Of a DNA stretch of 64,000 bases, positions 1 through 8,241 are shown piece by piece. The first letter of the stretch is position 1; the number at the start of each line of letters is the position of its first letter. Source of the DNA: Dehalococcoidia bacterium (lineage in GTDB: Bacteria; Chloroflexota; Dehalococcoidia; Lucifugimonadales; UBA3495); NCBI GenBank assembly GCA_030740155.1, contig JASLXV010000033.1:971-64970 (forward strand). Direction: 5' to 3'. A model generated the notes under the pieces. The model was not told the origin of the DNA. It worked only from the letters and a program-made list of their open reading frames with translations, and did not search any database. The position numbers were made by a program, and so were the translations under genes.

Positions 1-669
1 ATCCCGCCAGGAATAGAAGGCGATCTTATCGCCGTCTGGGGACCAGTCGGGGTCTAGATCTCCGCCCGGGTTGTTAGTGAGCCTGGTCTGGTCGGAACCG
101 TCAACGTTCATCACGTATATCGCCCAGCTGCCGCGCCGGAAGGACGAGAAGGCGATCATAGCGCCGTCAAGAGACCAGGCCGGGTCCGAGTCCCAAGCAG
201 GGTGGTTGGTAAGGTTGGTCTCGCCGGAGCCATCGATGCCCATCACGTATATCTCGCCATTGTCGGGCCTGGTGGAGGCGAAAGCGATCCTTGTGCCGTC
301 AGGAGACCACGCAGGTAACTGATAGTATTTCTGTGGATCGCTGGTCAACCTGGTCTGGCTGGAGCCATCGGTGTTCATTACGTATATTTGGTATGAGCTG
401 TCCCGTAGAGAGTAAAAAGCGATCCTGGCACCGTCAGGAGACCACGAAGGCGCACTGTCATTGCCCACGTGGTTGGTCAGGTTGGTCTGGCCTGAGCCGT
501 CAGCGTTCATTACGTAGACCTCGTAGTTTCCGTTCCGGGTGGAATCGAAGGCGATCCAGCCGCTTTTGAGTGTCGTCGGCGGCGGGGGAGTAGCGGTAGG
601 GACTAGTGTGCCAGGGCCACCACAGGCCGCCGTAGCCAAGAGCACCAACGTGGCTGCCAGAAAGACCAT
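1..669 (-). CDS. PD40/TolB-type beta-propeller repeat protein, probable secreted/lipoprotein (N-terminal part; C-terminus lies off the left edge)
   Basis: Own translation of the minus strand; the frame is missing from the ORF track because it runs off the window. ATG at 669-667, then MVFLAATLVLLATAACGGPG (signal peptide ending in Cys). At least four repeats follow with the pattern WSPDG..IAF.S.R.G...IYVMN.DGS.QT.LT. Confidence 0.8.
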   Translation of the reverse strand, partial: MVFLAATLVLLATAACGGPGTLVPTATPPPPTTLKSGWIAFDSTRNGNYEVYVMNADGSGQTNLTNHVGNDSAPSWSPDGARIAFYSLRDSSYQIYVMNTDGSSQTRLTSDPQKYYQLPAWSPDGTRIAFASTRPDNGEIYVMGIDGSGETNLTNHPAWDSDPAWSLDGAMIAFSSFRRGSWAIYVMNVDGSDQTRLTNNPGGDLDPDWSPDGDKIAFYSWRD

Positions 670-754
670 CAGCAGCCTCGGTGGCTGGTCGGGCGCATGA
701 TGAAGGCTAACTTGTCTTCCGGCTTCAGCTCTGAAGCCACGTTCCAAAGTGCTC

Positions 755-1177
755 CTACCCGAGTCCGGCGGCTGTAGGCAGGGGGATACCCGGAGAACGG
801 CCACCGCATGAAGATGTAGGCGGCCTGGCCAGGCCGAGCACCTGGTAGCGGGAGATTGCCCCTTCCTTCTCGAAGCGGAACTTCCCTCGCCAGAGCGTCC
901 CGGCGCAATCACCTTGGAACCGGAAAGACAGGGTGATGACGTAGCAGTCCTCGTCTTCCGTAGACTATAGGACCTCGAATTCCATGCTGACACCGCTGAA
1001 CCCACCCTCCGTAGTGTTGGCAACCAGCACAAATGGGACACATTGGGACCCGAGAGATCAGGTGTGCGGTAGAGCCTGGGTGAACTCCCTGAGGGTCCGG
1101 TTATGAAGCCTTGGCCTGTCGATAGTCTGAGCCTTCACCCTGACGGCGGTGTCTTTGCTGATTACTGACTCGGACAC
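755..1177 (-). pseudogene. Candidate decayed gene: one reading frame in three open segments separated by in-frame TGA (1060-1058) and TAG (967-965)
   Basis: GTG at 1177 is preceded by AAAGGAGCAGAT. The segments read VSESVISKDTAVRVKAQTIDRPRLHNRTLREFTQALPHT / SLGSQCVPFVLVANTTEGGFSGVSMEFEVL / STEDEDCYVITLSFRFQGDCAGTLWRGKFRFEKEGAISRYQVLGLA.... No family recognised. Confidence 0.25.
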
Positions 1178-1417
1178 ATCTGCTCCTTTCTGGAAGTAAT
1201 GTACCTTCGTTCCAGGAACTCACGCCACCTCCATTCTCTCGGGTTTTCTTACCCCCCAATGTGTCCCATTATCGCTGACGGTCTACACTCGCCGGGACCC
1301 TCGGTAGCGGGCCAAATGTCAAAGAAGGTTTGGCGAAAAGACGAGTCGCAATGACTGAAGCTGAGAATTACCGCAACAGATACGAATCAATCTAACGCTG
1401 AATTATGCTGGTGGGTA

Positions 1418-2233
1418 CTAGTTCTTGGAAGGTGCGTGGCGTTCCAGTTGGGCCAGGGGCCACTCCAGTACCCGGTCGTCGGAGTAGCGCACGGAGACTG
1501 ACTCGTGGAGCCGGTGGCCCACGATGACCGTGGCCAGCCCCTTGGGTGTGCCCACCTCCTCGCCGATGCGGGGGAAGGCCCGGTTGATCTGCCGGTACTG
1601 CTCGTACTCGAATCTCAGGCAGCAGCGTAGCCGGCCACAGCCGCCGGCCAGGCCCTCGGCGCTGATCGGCAGGGCCTGCTCTTTGGCCATGCGCACGGAT
1701 ATGGCGTCGAACCTGGTCAGCCAGGCGCTGCAGCACAGGCCGCGGCCACAGCGTCCCAGCCCGCCCGCCGCTTTGGCGACATCCCGTTCACCCACTTGCC
1801 GCAACTCGACCCGGCAGCGCAACGCCGAGCCCAGCTCGCGGAGAAGGGGGCGAAAGTCCACCCGCCCCTCGGCGCCAAAGGTTATCTTGAGGCGGGTGCG
1901 ATCGAAGGTGTAGTGGGTTTCGATGATCTTCATTGCCAGGCGCAGGTCGCGGACCTTGCCGCGGGCCAGATCGAAGGCTTCACTCTCCATTTCCCTGATC
2001 TGTTGCAAGCGGCCAAAATCCGACGAGGTCGCCTTGCGCACCAGCGTTGCCCCGGGCTCTCCCTCGGGCTGGCTGCAGACCAAGTCGTTGGGCTCGCGGA
2101 CGACCCAGCCCAATTCCTGACCCTTGTCCGCCTGGACTACCACGTAGCTGTTGCGGTGCAATTCCAGTTCACCTGCATCGACGTAGACGATGGGGTCCGC
2201 GCGGCGCCAGCGAATCCCTACTATCCGGCTCAA
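1418..2233 (-). CDS. yaaT: PSP1-domain protein (YaaT/RicT-like)
   Basis: The C-terminal 270 aa of track ORF 1418..2650 carry a PSP1-like sequence (KIIETHYTFDRTRLKITFGAEGRVDFRPLLRELG, Cys-rich GRCGRGLCCSAWL). The classic holB-yaaT gene order is present. The upstream 140 aa of the track ORF overlap holB out of frame, so the start is moved to TTG 2233, which overlaps the holB TGA. Confidence 0.8.
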   Translation of the reverse strand: MSRIVGIRWRRADPIVYVDAGELELHRNSYVVVQADKGQELGWVVREPNDLVCSQPEGEPGATLVRKATSSDFGRLQQIREMESEAFDLARGKVRDLRLAMKIIETHYTFDRTRLKITFGAEGRVDFRPLLRELGSALRCRVELRQVGERDVAKAAGGLGRCGRGLCCSAWLTRFDAISVRMAKEQALPISAEGLAGGCGRLRCCLRFEYEQYRQINRAFPRIGEEVGTPKGLATVIVGHRLHESVSVRYSDDRVLEWPLAQLERHAPSKN

Positions 2234-3252
2234 GCTTTCACCGTTGTGATCGGCAAATCCAGCATTAACATCTCCAGCGCCAATCTGGCGCGAGCGTTTC
2301 GATCCAGGGCCTCCAGTGTCTCCAACAGCCGTTTGACGAAGCGGACGATTTGGACCGACGTGAGCTGGGCCGCCTGCAGGCGCAGGTCGGATTGCCGGTC
2401 GATGTTGAGGACGTACTCCTCGCCGCCTTCCTTTATCAGCAACAGGTCGCGCCACCACCGCAACCAGAGGAAAAGCTGCTGTTTGACCGAGTCCCGGTCC
2501 TTGGAAAACAATGTGGCAAGCTCGCCGGCGTAGTTGAAGCGCGCGCTCAGTCCGGACTCGCACGTCTCTTTCAGCCGCTCCAGCTGCTCCTCGCGCCGCT
2601 CCAGCACCTCTTCCCCTTCGGCCAGGGCCGTGATGGCCCAGCCCGGGCAACCCCGGGCCAGCCGGGCCAACCGCTCGGCCTCTTCGGGGCTGGTGTGGTG
2701 CTCCTTTACCAGCGTCTCGACCATCCTATCCTTCGGTACTGGCAGGAGGACCAGGGGGCGGCAGCGAGACCGAACGGTGGGCAGGATTCCCTCCGCGTCG
2801 GCCGTTAAAAGCAGGATCAATACCTGGGGAGGAGGTTCCTCCAGGGTTTTCAACAGAGCGTTAGCAGCATCCTCGCTCATCAGTTCGGCCCGGTCGAATA
2901 TGATAACGGTGCAGGCGCCCTCGTAGGGCTTCAGGTTAACCTGCCTCAGCACCTCTCGGACATCGCCGATTCCGATTACGGTTCTGGCCGGTTCTCCCTC
3001 TTCGCTATGGCCCAGGCCCACAACCCGAAGATCGGCGTGGTGACCCCGGGAGATGCGGGTGCATTGCCCGCAATCGCCGCACGGTTCTCCAGGGCCCCGC
3101 AGACAATTTACGCCCTGGGCCAGGTTCAGGGCAAGGGTCATCTTACCCACATGTGGCGGGCCTACCAGCAGGTATGCGTGGGCCGCTCGGCCCTGTTTGA
3201 GGCTGGCCTCCAGCTGCCGGAATATGTGGTCCTGCCCGTATACCTGCCACAT
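2230..3252 (-). CDS. holB: DNA polymerase III subunit delta prime
   Basis: AAA+ clamp-loader N-terminus AHAYLLVGPPHVGKMTLA, Cys cluster CGDCGQC, and the SRC motif (TVRSRC). Confidence 0.85.
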   Translation of the reverse strand: MWQVYGQDHIFRQLEASLKQGRAAHAYLLVGPPHVGKMTLALNLAQGVNCLRGPGEPCGDCGQCTRISRGHHADLRVVGLGHSEEGEPARTVIGIGDVREVLRQVNLKPYEGACTVIIFDRAELMSEDAANALLKTLEEPPPQVLILLLTADAEGILPTVRSRCRPLVLLPVPKDRMVETLVKEHHTSPEEAERLARLARGCPGWAITALAEGEEVLERREEQLERLKETCESGLSARFNYAGELATLFSKDRDSVKQQLFLWLRWWRDLLLIKEGGEEYVLNIDRQSDLRLQAAQLTSVQIVRFVKRLLETLEALDRNARARLALEMLMLDLPITTVKA

Positions 3253-3368
3253 AGTTAGCCTTCAGCAGTCAGCGGTCTGCTTGCTGCTTCATAGCCGCGC
3301 AAATTCGCGGCAATTCCGAATGTTCTTGGACAGAGTTACTGTTTGTGGTTGACGGCAGTTGATCTCCT

Positions 3369-3701
3369 TTAGCCTAAAGCCAGAAATGATCCCTGCTCAT
3401 CCTGATCGAACGTAATCAAATTCTCAGAGTGGGTTCGAAGCAGCGCCTCGACTTCCGTCGTCGAGCAGTTCCCGAGGCGTATCCAGATAACCTTAGGAGG
3501 GTGCCCGAAAAGGAAACTGCGTTGGCGAAAGTCAGAATCTTTGGACACGATGGTAAGCCCTTGCTCCGCCGCGTAGCGCCAAACATCTTCATATTGCGCA
3601 GCGTGAAGTCCTACGTCCCGAACATGGGTGGTTCCTGGATATACGTCTGACAGGAATTCCTTCAACTTTGGAGACAGGTTCTCGTACAAAAGAAGCCTCA
3701 T
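3369..3701 (-). CDS. DUF5615-like (PIN/Mut7-C-like) putative toxin
   Basis: MRLLLYENLSPKL...VRDVGL...IVSKDSDF matches the DUF5615 pattern. The start is set at ATG 3701, which overlaps the upstream stop as ATGA. Confidence 0.6.
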   Translation of the reverse strand: MRLLLYENLSPKLKEFLSDVYPGTTHVRDVGLHAAQYEDVWRYAAEQGLTIVSKDSDFRQRSFLFGHPPKVIWIRLGNCSTTEVEALLRTHSENLITFDQDEQGSFLALG

Positions 3702-3931
3702 GAGGGAGGGGAAGATGTAAACTTTCGTTCCCGATCGGCCGCGAACGCGAGGCACGCGCGGATGTCCTCACGCCTGAGGTCGGGAAAGTCCGCGAGGATC
3801 TGGTCTTCCGACATTCCCGACGCCAGGTATTCCAGGACATCATAAACAGTGATCCGCAACCCCCTGATGCAGGGCTTGCCGCCACGTTTTCCCGGCTCGA
3901 TTGTTATTAGCGATTGATATTTCATATTCAA
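3698..3931 (-). CDS. DUF433-domain putative antitoxin
   Basis: GGKPCIRGLRITVYDVLEYLASGMSEDQILADFPDLRREDIRACLAFA is the typical DUF433 core. It has a 4-nt overlap with the downstream DUF5615 gene. Confidence 0.65.
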   Translation of the reverse strand: MNMKYQSLITIEPGKRGGKPCIRGLRITVYDVLEYLASGMSEDQILADFPDLRREDIRACLAFAADRERKFTSSPPS

Positions 3932-4061
3932 AGATTACGGTGGCAGTCGGGTAGCTGTCAATCTGGTCACGAAGTCGCGAGCTATGGGCGAATGATGCGA
4001 AGACCGTTACGTGGATCGGAGACGACGCTCGCGGTGTGATCCTGGTCTCTTCGGGCTTCTG

Positions 4062-4610
4062 CTAATCGATCTCATGCGGGCGGGGCTGGGCTGCCAATCC
4101 GTCAGCCTCCGCCATCAGCTCGATGATCTGCGACTTGATCTCGTTGTACCTGTGCCACTCCTCCGGATATTTGTTTTGCGCTCGCCCCAAGTTGACCTCT
4201 GTGGCGTACTTGAGAAGATATGTTTCAATCGCCTGCTCGATCCGCCTGAACTCAGCCAGGTTCTCTATGCGCGATCGCAAGAACTCTCGCCAATCCTTGT
4301 TCCCCTTCGACGAGTTGCAATCACGGCAGCACGGCACAAGATTGCCGATCTGATGGCCGTAGCCATTCAGTTTCGAGTCCTTGACCAGCCCCACCAAATG
4401 ATCCCACGTCTCGGCTGCGGAGTCGCAGTACACGCAACGGAGGTCATCAAGGTCGGTCTGGCCGAGCAGGGCCATGGCCTCAGCCACCCGATTCTCATCG
4501 TATTCGTCGCATGGGGCCAGGGCGGAGGCAAATGCGTGGTTGATCGTCGTCTTTCGCCGCTGGACCATCGAGTATGGACGCAGGTGCCGTTTGATGCCAG
4601 AAGGTTTCAC
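4062..4610 (-). CDS. HNH endonuclease-family protein
   Basis: CVYC...WDH...N...CCRDCNSSKGNK is a Cys4 plus H-N-H arrangement. The region is visibly more AT-rich than its flanks. The start is uncertain (M1 or M15). Confidence 0.7.
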   Translation of the reverse strand: MKPSGIKRHLRPYSMVQRRKTTINHAFASALAPCDEYDENRVAEAMALLGQTDLDDLRCVYCDSAAETWDHLVGLVKDSKLNGYGHQIGNLVPCCRDCNSSKGNKDWREFLRSRIENLAEFRRIEQAIETYLLKYATEVNLGRAQNKYPEEWHRYNEIKSQIIELMAEADGLAAQPRPHEID

Positions 4611-4677
4611 GTTAGCGCTCCGCGATCACCAGTTACCGTCTATCCCAAAACCCTCACTTCCGTCCCCAAGCCAACCT

Positions 4678-5991
4678 TCACTCCACATCGCAGTGCATCA
4701 TGTCCTGGTAGGTCTCGCGGCGGCGGATCAGCCGGCTCCGGCCGTCCCGGACCAGGACGATCGGCGGCCTGGGATTCATGTTGTAGTTGCTGGCCATGGA
4801 CGGGGCATAGGCCCCCGAGGCGGGGATGGCGATCAGGTCGCCCGCTTCCAGGATGGGAAGCATTATATCGGAGGCCAGCACGTCTCCCGACTCACAGTAT
4901 TTTCCGGCAATGGTGACTTTTTCCTGGGGCGGCCGGTCGGCCTTACCCGCGGCCACCACCTCGTAGGCCGCCTGGTACAGCGCGGGACGGATGTTGTCCC
5001 CCATGCCGCCGTCGACGCTGACGTACTTGCGCACCCCGGGAATATCTTTAATGGCACCGACCCGGTACAGGGCAACCCCCGCCGGTCCCACGATGGCGCG
5101 GCCCGGCTCTATGATCAGGTTGGGCTTCGCCATGCCCAGGTCCTCACAGGTAGAGGTAAGCGTAGAAACGATGGTCTCGGCGTAATCCCCAATCTCCGGC
5201 GGTTTCTGGTCTCCGGTATACGCGATGGCAAAACCGCCTCCGGGGCTGAACTCCCGGAGGTCCAGGCCCTCTTCCAGGAACTGGGCGGCGAAGCGCAGCA
5301 CCAGCTCGGTGGCCACGCGGAAGGGCTCCAACTCGAATATGGGAGAGCCCAGGTGGAAGTGCAGCCCCCGCAGCTTCAGGTTCCGGGCCGCCAGGGCCAC
5401 TTGGATGGCTTCGGCAGCGTGGCCGGTCTGGATGGAAAAACCGAACTTGGAGTCGAGGATCCCGGTGGTGGTGTACACGTGGGAATGGGGGTCTACCCCC
5501 GGCGACACTCGGATGAGAACGTCCTGCACCTTTCCGGCGGCGGATGCGATGTGCTCCAGCAGGTCCAACTCGTGGAAGCTGTCCACCACCACGTAACCAA
5601 CGCCGTGCTCCACCGCCTCGGTCAACTCCGCGGGTGTCTTGTTGTTTCCGTGGAAGTAGACATGGTCCAGGGGAACACCGGCGCGGAGGGCGATGGCCAA
5701 TTCCCCGCCCGAAACCACGTCCAGTCCCAGGCCTTCCTCGTGGAAGAGCTGCGCCAGGGCTGGATTGATGTAGGCCTTGGAGGCGTAGGCAACCTGGGAC
5801 GCGGGATAGCGTTGCCGAAACTCTTGGATGAAGCTACGGCAGCGGGCCCGCAGTGTCTCTTCGTCCAGGATGTAGACCGGAGTGCCGTACTCGGCGGCAA
5901 GCTCCAGGGTGTTGCAGCCGCCAATGACCAACTGGCCTTCGGGGTTGACCTGGGTGGTATCGGGGAACACCGCTTGGGAAAACGTCGCCAT
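4678..5991 (-). CDS. lysA: Diaminopimelate decarboxylase
   Basis: Full-length PLP-dependent Orn/DAP/Arg decarboxylase pattern (YASKAY, HFHLGS, EPGRAIVG, CESGD). Confidence 0.9.
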   Translation of the reverse strand: MATFSQAVFPDTTQVNPEGQLVIGGCNTLELAAEYGTPVYILDEETLRARCRSFIQEFRQRYPASQVAYASKAYINPALAQLFHEEGLGLDVVSGGELAIALRAGVPLDHVYFHGNNKTPAELTEAVEHGVGYVVVDSFHELDLLEHIASAAGKVQDVLIRVSPGVDPHSHVYTTTGILDSKFGFSIQTGHAAEAIQVALAARNLKLRGLHFHLGSPIFELEPFRVATELVLRFAAQFLEEGLDLREFSPGGGFAIAYTGDQKPPEIGDYAETIVSTLTSTCEDLGMAKPNLIIEPGRAIVGPAGVALYRVGAIKDIPGVRKYVSVDGGMGDNIRPALYQAAYEVVAAGKADRPPQEKVTIAGKYCESGDVLASDIMLPILEAGDLIAIPASGAYAPSMASNYNMNPRPPIVLVRDGRSRLIRRRETYQDMMHCDVE

Positions 5992-6013
5992 CCTTCTTCA
6001 ACTCCAGCGCAGT

Positions 6014-6051
6014 GCTGACAGCCCTGAGCCGATCCGCTGCGGGCTGTCAGC
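6014..6051. other. Perfect 11-bp stem hairpin (GCTGACAGCCC / GGGCTGTCAGC, 16-nt loop) in the lysA-surE divergent region
   Basis: Read directly from the sequence. Followed by TTGTTT on the plus strand. Lies 23 nt upstream of the lysA ATG on the minus strand. Confidence 0.5.
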
Positions 6052-6108
6052 TTGTTTACACGGGCCATCATAGGCCCAATGAGCAATCTTGCGCAACCGG
6101 GATACCCG

Positions 6109-6137
6109 TTGACTCCCGCGACGGCCGAGAATATACT
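6109..6137 (+). promoter_or_regulatory. Sigma70-like promoter candidate (TTGACT-17 nt-TATACT) upstream of surE
   Basis: Hexamers and 17-nt spacer read directly. It would give a leader of about 110 nt before the TTG start at 6252. Confidence 0.4.
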
Positions 6138-6251
6138 CCGGTGCGTTCCGCCTCACGGGCTCTCAGTGCCACCTCGACCGGCTACCATTCCGCGGCGGGG
6201 CGGCTTGTTAGGGCAACCCGAAGGTCAAGACCGATCTGAAGGATCAACTAG

Positions 6252-7082
6252 TTGAAGATACTCCTGACCAATGACGATGGCGTCCGGGCCCCCGGCGTGT
6301 GGGCGGCGGCGCGGGCCCTGCGCCAGGTGGGGGAGGTGTTCGTGGTGGCGCCGGAAATGGAGCAGAGTGGCGTCGGCACCGCTCTCACCCTCCACTCGGC
6401 GGTGAAGGCCGCCCCGGCGCCGGTGGACCCCGGCCTGCCCGCGGGCCCCGGCCATATCGAAGACGGTGACGCGTTACACCCGGTGGTGGCCTACTCCGTG
6501 GCCGGGACGCCGGCCGACAGCTGCGTCCTGGGGCTGGAGAGTCTGGTGGGCGCGGTTGACCTGGTGGTGTCCGGGATCAACGCCGGGTCCAACCTGGGCT
6601 GGGACGTGGTGGTCTCGGGAACGGTGGGTGCGGCGATCCAAGGCTACGTCCGCGGCTACCCAACCATCGCGATATCGGTCGGCGCGGTGCACAATCCCCA
6701 ATTCGAGGGGGCCGCGCGGCTGCTTCGGTTGCTGGCCCGGCGGCTGAGTCAGGCGCCGGCAAGCTCCGGATTCTTTCTGAACATCAACGTGCCCAGCATT
6801 CCCCCGGAGCGAATCTCCGGGGTCGAGGTCACCAGGTTGGGCCACCGCTCCTATGCGGAGTCGGTGCGCGTGGAGGGAAGCGGGACGGACAAGGGGTACC
6901 GGATCTCCCGGAACCGGCCGGTCTCCGGGGATCCCCAACCGGGCACCGATATCTGGGCGCTGAAGAGGGACCTGATCTCCATTACCCCGCTGGGGATCAT
7001 CCTGGGCCACCGGGAGATGACGCCGGAGATCGAGGGCCTGGTGTCCGGCCTTTCCGCTCAACTGTTGGACCGCCCCGACTGA
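6252..7082 (+). CDS. surE: 5'/3'-nucleotidase SurE
   Basis: (M)KILLTNDDGVRAPG is the canonical SurE N-terminus. TTG start. Confidence 0.9.
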   Translation: MKILLTNDDGVRAPGVWAAARALRQVGEVFVVAPEMEQSGVGTALTLHSAVKAAPAPVDPGLPAGPGHIEDGDALHPVVAYSVAGTPADSCVLGLESLVGAVDLVVSGINAGSNLGWDVVVSGTVGAAIQGYVRGYPTIAISVGAVHNPQFEGAARLLRLLARRLSQAPASSGFFLNINVPSIPPERISGVEVTRLGHRSYAESVRVEGSGTDKGYRISRNRPVSGDPQPGTDIWALKRDLISITPLGIILGHREMTPEIEGLVSGLSAQLLDRPD

Positions 7083-7094
7083 TCCGCCGCCCGG

Positions 7095-8216
7095 TTACTC
7101 CGGGGCGGCCAGCAGCGCCACCCGCCCGGCCAGGGCCGACACGACGATGTACTCATGGTCGGCGTGGGGGCCTTCGCCCACTCCCCCCATGCCGTCCAGG
7201 ACCGGGATTCCCACGGCCGCCGCGAACTGCCCGTCGGAGCCACCCCCCACCTGGGCTTCTTTGAGATCGATTCCCAGGGGCCCGGCCATGCGGCGGGCCG
7301 TGTCCAGCAGCCGGGCCGTCGCCTCGGTCTTCTCCATGGGAGGCCGGTTCAGCCCACCGGTTACCTCGACGCTGGCTCCGGGCAGCGTGGGGGAAAGCCC
7401 CAGGATCTCCCGGGTGACGCGGTCGGCTTCGGCCACGGTAGCCACCCGCAGGTCCACCAGGGCTTCCGCGGAGGGTGCGATCTGGTTCCGCACACTGCCG
7501 CCTTGCATAACCCCCACGTTCACGGCGGTGCCCGTCTCGAAATTGGTGAGGCTGTGGAGCCGCAGGACCTGGTAGGCCATCTCCTCGACGGCGCTGATGC
7601 CTTTCTCCGGGTCGTTGTCGGCGTGGGCCGCCCTCCCGGTCACCTTGACCTCGAAGATGCCCACCCCTTTGCGGCCGACCTTCAAGGCCCCCTCTTTTCC
7701 CGCCCCTGGTTCCAGGCAGAACGCGTGGGTGCTCTTGCGCGCTTCCTCCTGGATGAGCGCCCGAGAGGTGGGGCTGCCCACCTCTTCATCGGAGTTGAGC
7801 AGGAGCCTCACCCGTTGCCGGGGAGACCGGCCCAGGGCCGCTATTGCTTCCAATGCGTGGAGGGTGATGGCGATCCCCGCTTTCATGTCCAGGACGCCGG
7901 GGCCTCGGGCCAGTCCGCCCTTCACGCGGAAGGGGTTTTGCTGGATGGTCCCCGTGGGCCAGACTGTGTCCATGTGGCAGAGGATGAGGACCTGCTCCGC
8001 TCCTTCTCCCACATCGGCCAGCAGGTGGTCCCCGGCCTCTTCCTGGGGCACCACCTGCACCCAGGCGCCCAAGGCCTCCAGCCGCCCTTTGATGTAGGAC
8101 CCCAACGCGTCCACCGAGGGCTTGTCCGAGCTGAAGGACTCCATCTCGACTATATGCCGCAGGCTGCTCAGGATATCCGCGGCGTGGGCTTGGGCGTAGT
8201 CTAGTAGCTCTTTCAT
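7095..8216 (-). CDS. M20-family metallopeptidase (carboxypeptidase G2-like)
   Basis: CHMDTVWP, GPGVLDMKAG, NSDEEVGSP and a C-terminal GGGSDG are M20 zinc-ligand motifs. Confidence 0.8.
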   Translation of the reverse strand: MKELLDYAQAHAADILSSLRHIVEMESFSSDKPSVDALGSYIKGRLEALGAWVQVVPQEEAGDHLLADVGEGAEQVLILCHMDTVWPTGTIQQNPFRVKGGLARGPGVLDMKAGIAITLHALEAIAALGRSPRQRVRLLLNSDEEVGSPTSRALIQEEARKSTHAFCLEPGAGKEGALKVGRKGVGIFEVKVTGRAAHADNDPEKGISAVEEMAYQVLRLHSLTNFETGTAVNVGVMQGGSVRNQIAPSAEALVDLRVATVAEADRVTREILGLSPTLPGASVEVTGGLNRPPMEKTEATARLLDTARRMAGPLGIDLKEAQVGGGSDGQFAAAVGIPVLDGMGGVGEGPHADHEYIVVSALAGRVALLAAPE

Positions 8217-8241
8217 GGCGGTTCCTCTCCGGGGACTCTCT

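Noticed and set aside
669-908. 79-aa minus-strand ORF whose TGA overlaps the ATG of the PD40 propeller gene (TGATG).
   Set aside because: Its composition is junk-like (MRRDALAREVPLREGRGNLPLPGARPG...). A different frame in the same DNA looks more protein-like (see the 755-1177 candidate). The overlap is probably coincidental.
2234-2650. The 5' 140 codons of track ORF 1418..2650 (the YaaT extension).
   Set aside because: This part overlaps holB entirely in another frame and reads MPGLGHHGPGRRGRGAGAARGAAG.... The PSP1 homology begins only near 2230, so the start was moved to TTG 2233.
4474-6018. 514-aa plus-strand ORF opposite lysA. Similar long antisense ORFs occur at 7155..8204, 10641..11450, 11505..12539, 11777..12778, 28865..29752, 29910..31400, 32888..33685, 33093..34229, 35211..36506, 40496..41443, 45535..46623, 47614..48813, 51742..52986, 58168..58779 and elsewhere.
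   Set aside because: They lie opposite or out of frame to genes with clear family signatures. Their translations are Arg/Gly/Pro/Ala/His-rich with no motifs. This is the expected shadow-ORF artefact of high-GC DNA.
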